Part shown: positions 1 through 497 of the stretch, in pieces
Layout: each line of letters opens with the position of its first letter
Position numbering within the stretch: the first letter of the stretch is position 1
Assembly (NCBI RefSeq): GCF_003334335.1
Contig: NZ_QOWQ01000184.1
Reading direction: 5' to 3' (one strand)
Source: Escherichia coli
GTDB lineage: Bacteria > Pseudomonadota > Gammaproteobacteria > Enterobacterales > Enterobacteriaceae
Length of the DNA: 497 nucleotides
Notes under the pieces: model-generated
The model's database searches: none
Told to the model about the DNA's origin: nothing
Seen by the model: only the letters and a program-made list of their open reading frames with translations
Program-made: the position numbers and the translations under genes

Positions 1-41
1 TCGGTATAACCGAGTAACTGGCGGGTCGTAAACAATCCCAT
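1..41 (-). CDS. E: Major capsid protein, lambda gpE family (5' end only; gene continues beyond window start)
   Basis: Minus-strand ATG at 41-39 followed by an open frame to the window edge, encoding MGLFTTRQLLGYT. This resembles the lambda gpE N-terminus MSMYTTAQLLAAN (M, TT, QLL shared). An AAGGA Shine-Dalgarno sits 8 nt upstream. The start lies 57 nt downstream of the D-like stop, close to the lambda D-E spacing as I remember it. Only 13 codons are visible, so the call rests on synteny plus a short N-terminal match. Confidence 0.75.
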   Translation of the reverse strand, partial: MGLFTTRQLLGYT

Positions 42-49
42 AAATCAGT

Positions 50-54
50 TCCTT
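50..54 (-). promoter_or_regulatory. Shine-Dalgarno (AAGGA) for the E-like major capsid gene
   Basis: Minus-strand sequence AAAGGA-ACTGATTT-ATG, an 8-nt spacer to the start at 41. Confidence 0.6.
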
Positions 55-69
55 TCATTCAGAAATCAG

Positions 70-91
70 TCAGGCCAACGCGGTGGCCTGA
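70..91 (-). other. Intergenic GC-rich stem-loop between the D-like and E-like genes (possible mRNA stability or attenuator hairpin)
   Basis: Perfect inverted repeat: on the + strand tcaggcca (70-77) and tggcctga (84-91) flank a 6-nt loop acgcgg (78-83). On the mRNA (minus) strand this is UCAGGCCA-CCGCGU-UGGCCUGA, an 8-bp stem with six G/C pairs, starting 8 nt after the D stop codon. It is followed by CUGAUUUCUGA, not a clean U-tract. Confidence 0.55.
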
Positions 92-98
92 TAACGTG

Positions 99-446
99 TT
101 ACGGCAGCGCCGCGTGACTCAGGGCTGTGCCGACAAAGGCGTTGGCCTTTTTGTGTTCATCCACACTTTCAGGCCAGCGGATTGCCTCCGTCGCAAAGGT
201 CCCCGACTTGTAATACGTCAGCACCGTCTCTGTGCCTTCAAGCGGCAGTACCAGTATGCCAGCCGCACTACCGGCTTTCTGTCCGTCCCAGACCACCAGT
301 TTCCCGCTGGCTTCATCCAGCATCAGGGGCGTCAGTGCCGGTGTTGCCTGAGAAATCCCGCTGCTGCCTGTGGCGGTATGAGCCGGATCATTACCGGCAA
401 AAATACGTACTTCTGCACGTTGTTCAGTGATGGTTTTCGTTACCAT
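99..446 (-). CDS. D: Head decoration protein, lambda gpD family (complete, 115 aa)
   Basis: Minus-strand ORF from the six-frame track: ATG at 446-444, TAA stop at 101-99. The product aligns by eye with lambda gpD as I recall it, including NDPAHTAT, TPLMLD, KLVxWDG, GIL, YKSGTF, WPE and AFxGTA motifs; roughly half of aligned positions are identical. Length (115 aa against 110 in lambda) and position immediately upstream of a gpE-like start fit the lambda gene order. GAGG Shine-Dalgarno lies 10 nt upstream of the ATG. Confidence 0.9.
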   Translation of the reverse strand: MVTKTITEQRAEVRIFAGNDPAHTATGSSGISQATPALTPLMLDEASGKLVVWDGQKAGSAAGILVLPLEGTETVLTYYKSGTFATEAIRWPESVDEHKKANAFVGTALSHAALP

Positions 447-497
447 ATTGTAAAAACCTCATATTGATGGTCAGCACTGACTTCATGGCATGGCCAT
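440..497 (-). CDS. Probable 3' end of the upstream head gene (position of lambda C/Nu3 protease/scaffold); partial, frame uncertain
   Basis: On the minus strand two frames are open from the window edge into the D start region. One ends with TAA at 442-440, overlapping the D ATG as ATGGTAA; the other ends at a TGA about 20 nt inside D. The third frame is closed by TGA stops at 485-483, 476-474 and 461-459. Lambda gene order predicts a scaffold/protease gene ending just before D. About 19 codons are visible and the correct frame cannot be chosen from the sequence alone; the coordinates given are for the frame ending at 440. Confidence 0.25.
   Translation of the reverse strand, partial: WPCHEVSADHQYEVFTIW
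457..460 (-). promoter_or_regulatory. Shine-Dalgarno (GAGG) for the D-like gene
   Basis: Minus-strand sequence GAGG-TTTTTACAAT-ATG, a 10-nt spacer to the start at 446. The site sits inside or at the very end of the upstream ORF. Confidence 0.55.

Noticed and set aside
1-58. Alternative minus-strand ATG at 58-56 as the E-like start (MKGTDLWDCL...)
   Set aside because: It is in a different frame from the ATG at 41, has no Shine-Dalgarno upstream (it directly follows a TGA), and its product does not resemble the lambda gpE N-terminus, whereas the frame from 41 does.
70-91. Calling the intergenic hairpin a canonical rho-independent terminator
   Set aside because: The stem is strong, but the 3' flank on the mRNA strand is CUGAUUUCUGA, not an uninterrupted U-tract. 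The major capsid gene immediately downstream must be transcribed from the same late operon. I kept it as a hairpin of uncertain role.
182-430. + strand ORF of 82 aa (MPPSQRSPTCNTSAPS...)
   Set aside because: Nested antisense within the D-like gene, low-complexity Pro/Ser/Arg-rich product, no recognisable features. Shadow ORF.
96-467. + strand ORF of 123 aa (MLRQRRVTQGCADKG...)
   Set aside because: It lies entirely antisense to the well-supported gpD-like gene and its spacer. The composition is Arg/Cys/Gln-rich, typical of the reverse strand of a GC-rich coding region. I recognise no homology, and there is no Shine-Dalgarno-like sequence upstream of its ATG. Most likely a shadow ORF.
470-497. 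Short palindromes gtcag-ca-ctgac (470-481) and atggccat (490-497) with repeated catgg
   Set aside because: Both lie inside the probable upstream coding region, are very short, and the first has only a 2-nt loop, so it cannot form a normal hairpin. Most likely chance or codon-driven; no support for an operator or restriction-related role.
1-497. A novel defence, toxin-antitoxin or other undescribed system in this window
   Set aside because: Every base is accounted for by conserved lambdoid head genes, their ribosome binding sites and one intergenic hairpin. There is no unexplained ORF, repeat array or non-coding stretch that would support such a claim.

Overview
The whole 497-bp window reads as a minus-strand piece of a lambda-like (lambdoid) phage or prophage head-morphogenesis module. 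From 497 down to 1 it holds: the probable 3' end of an upstream head gene (the position lambda C/Nu3 occupies; frame unresolved), a complete head-decoration protein gene of the lambda gpD family (115 aa, start 446, stop 99-101), a 57-nt intergenic region (42-98) with a GC-rich stem-loop, and the first 13 codons of a major capsid protein gene of the lambda gpE family (start at 41, running off the window start). Both + strand ORFs in the supplied track are antisense shadows of the D-like gene. I see no support in this window for a novel or previously undescribed system; conserved phage structural genes account for it, and the findings are small regulatory and structural details. All homology statements come from my recollection of the lambda gpD and gpE protein sequences and by-eye alignment; nothing was computed or searched.
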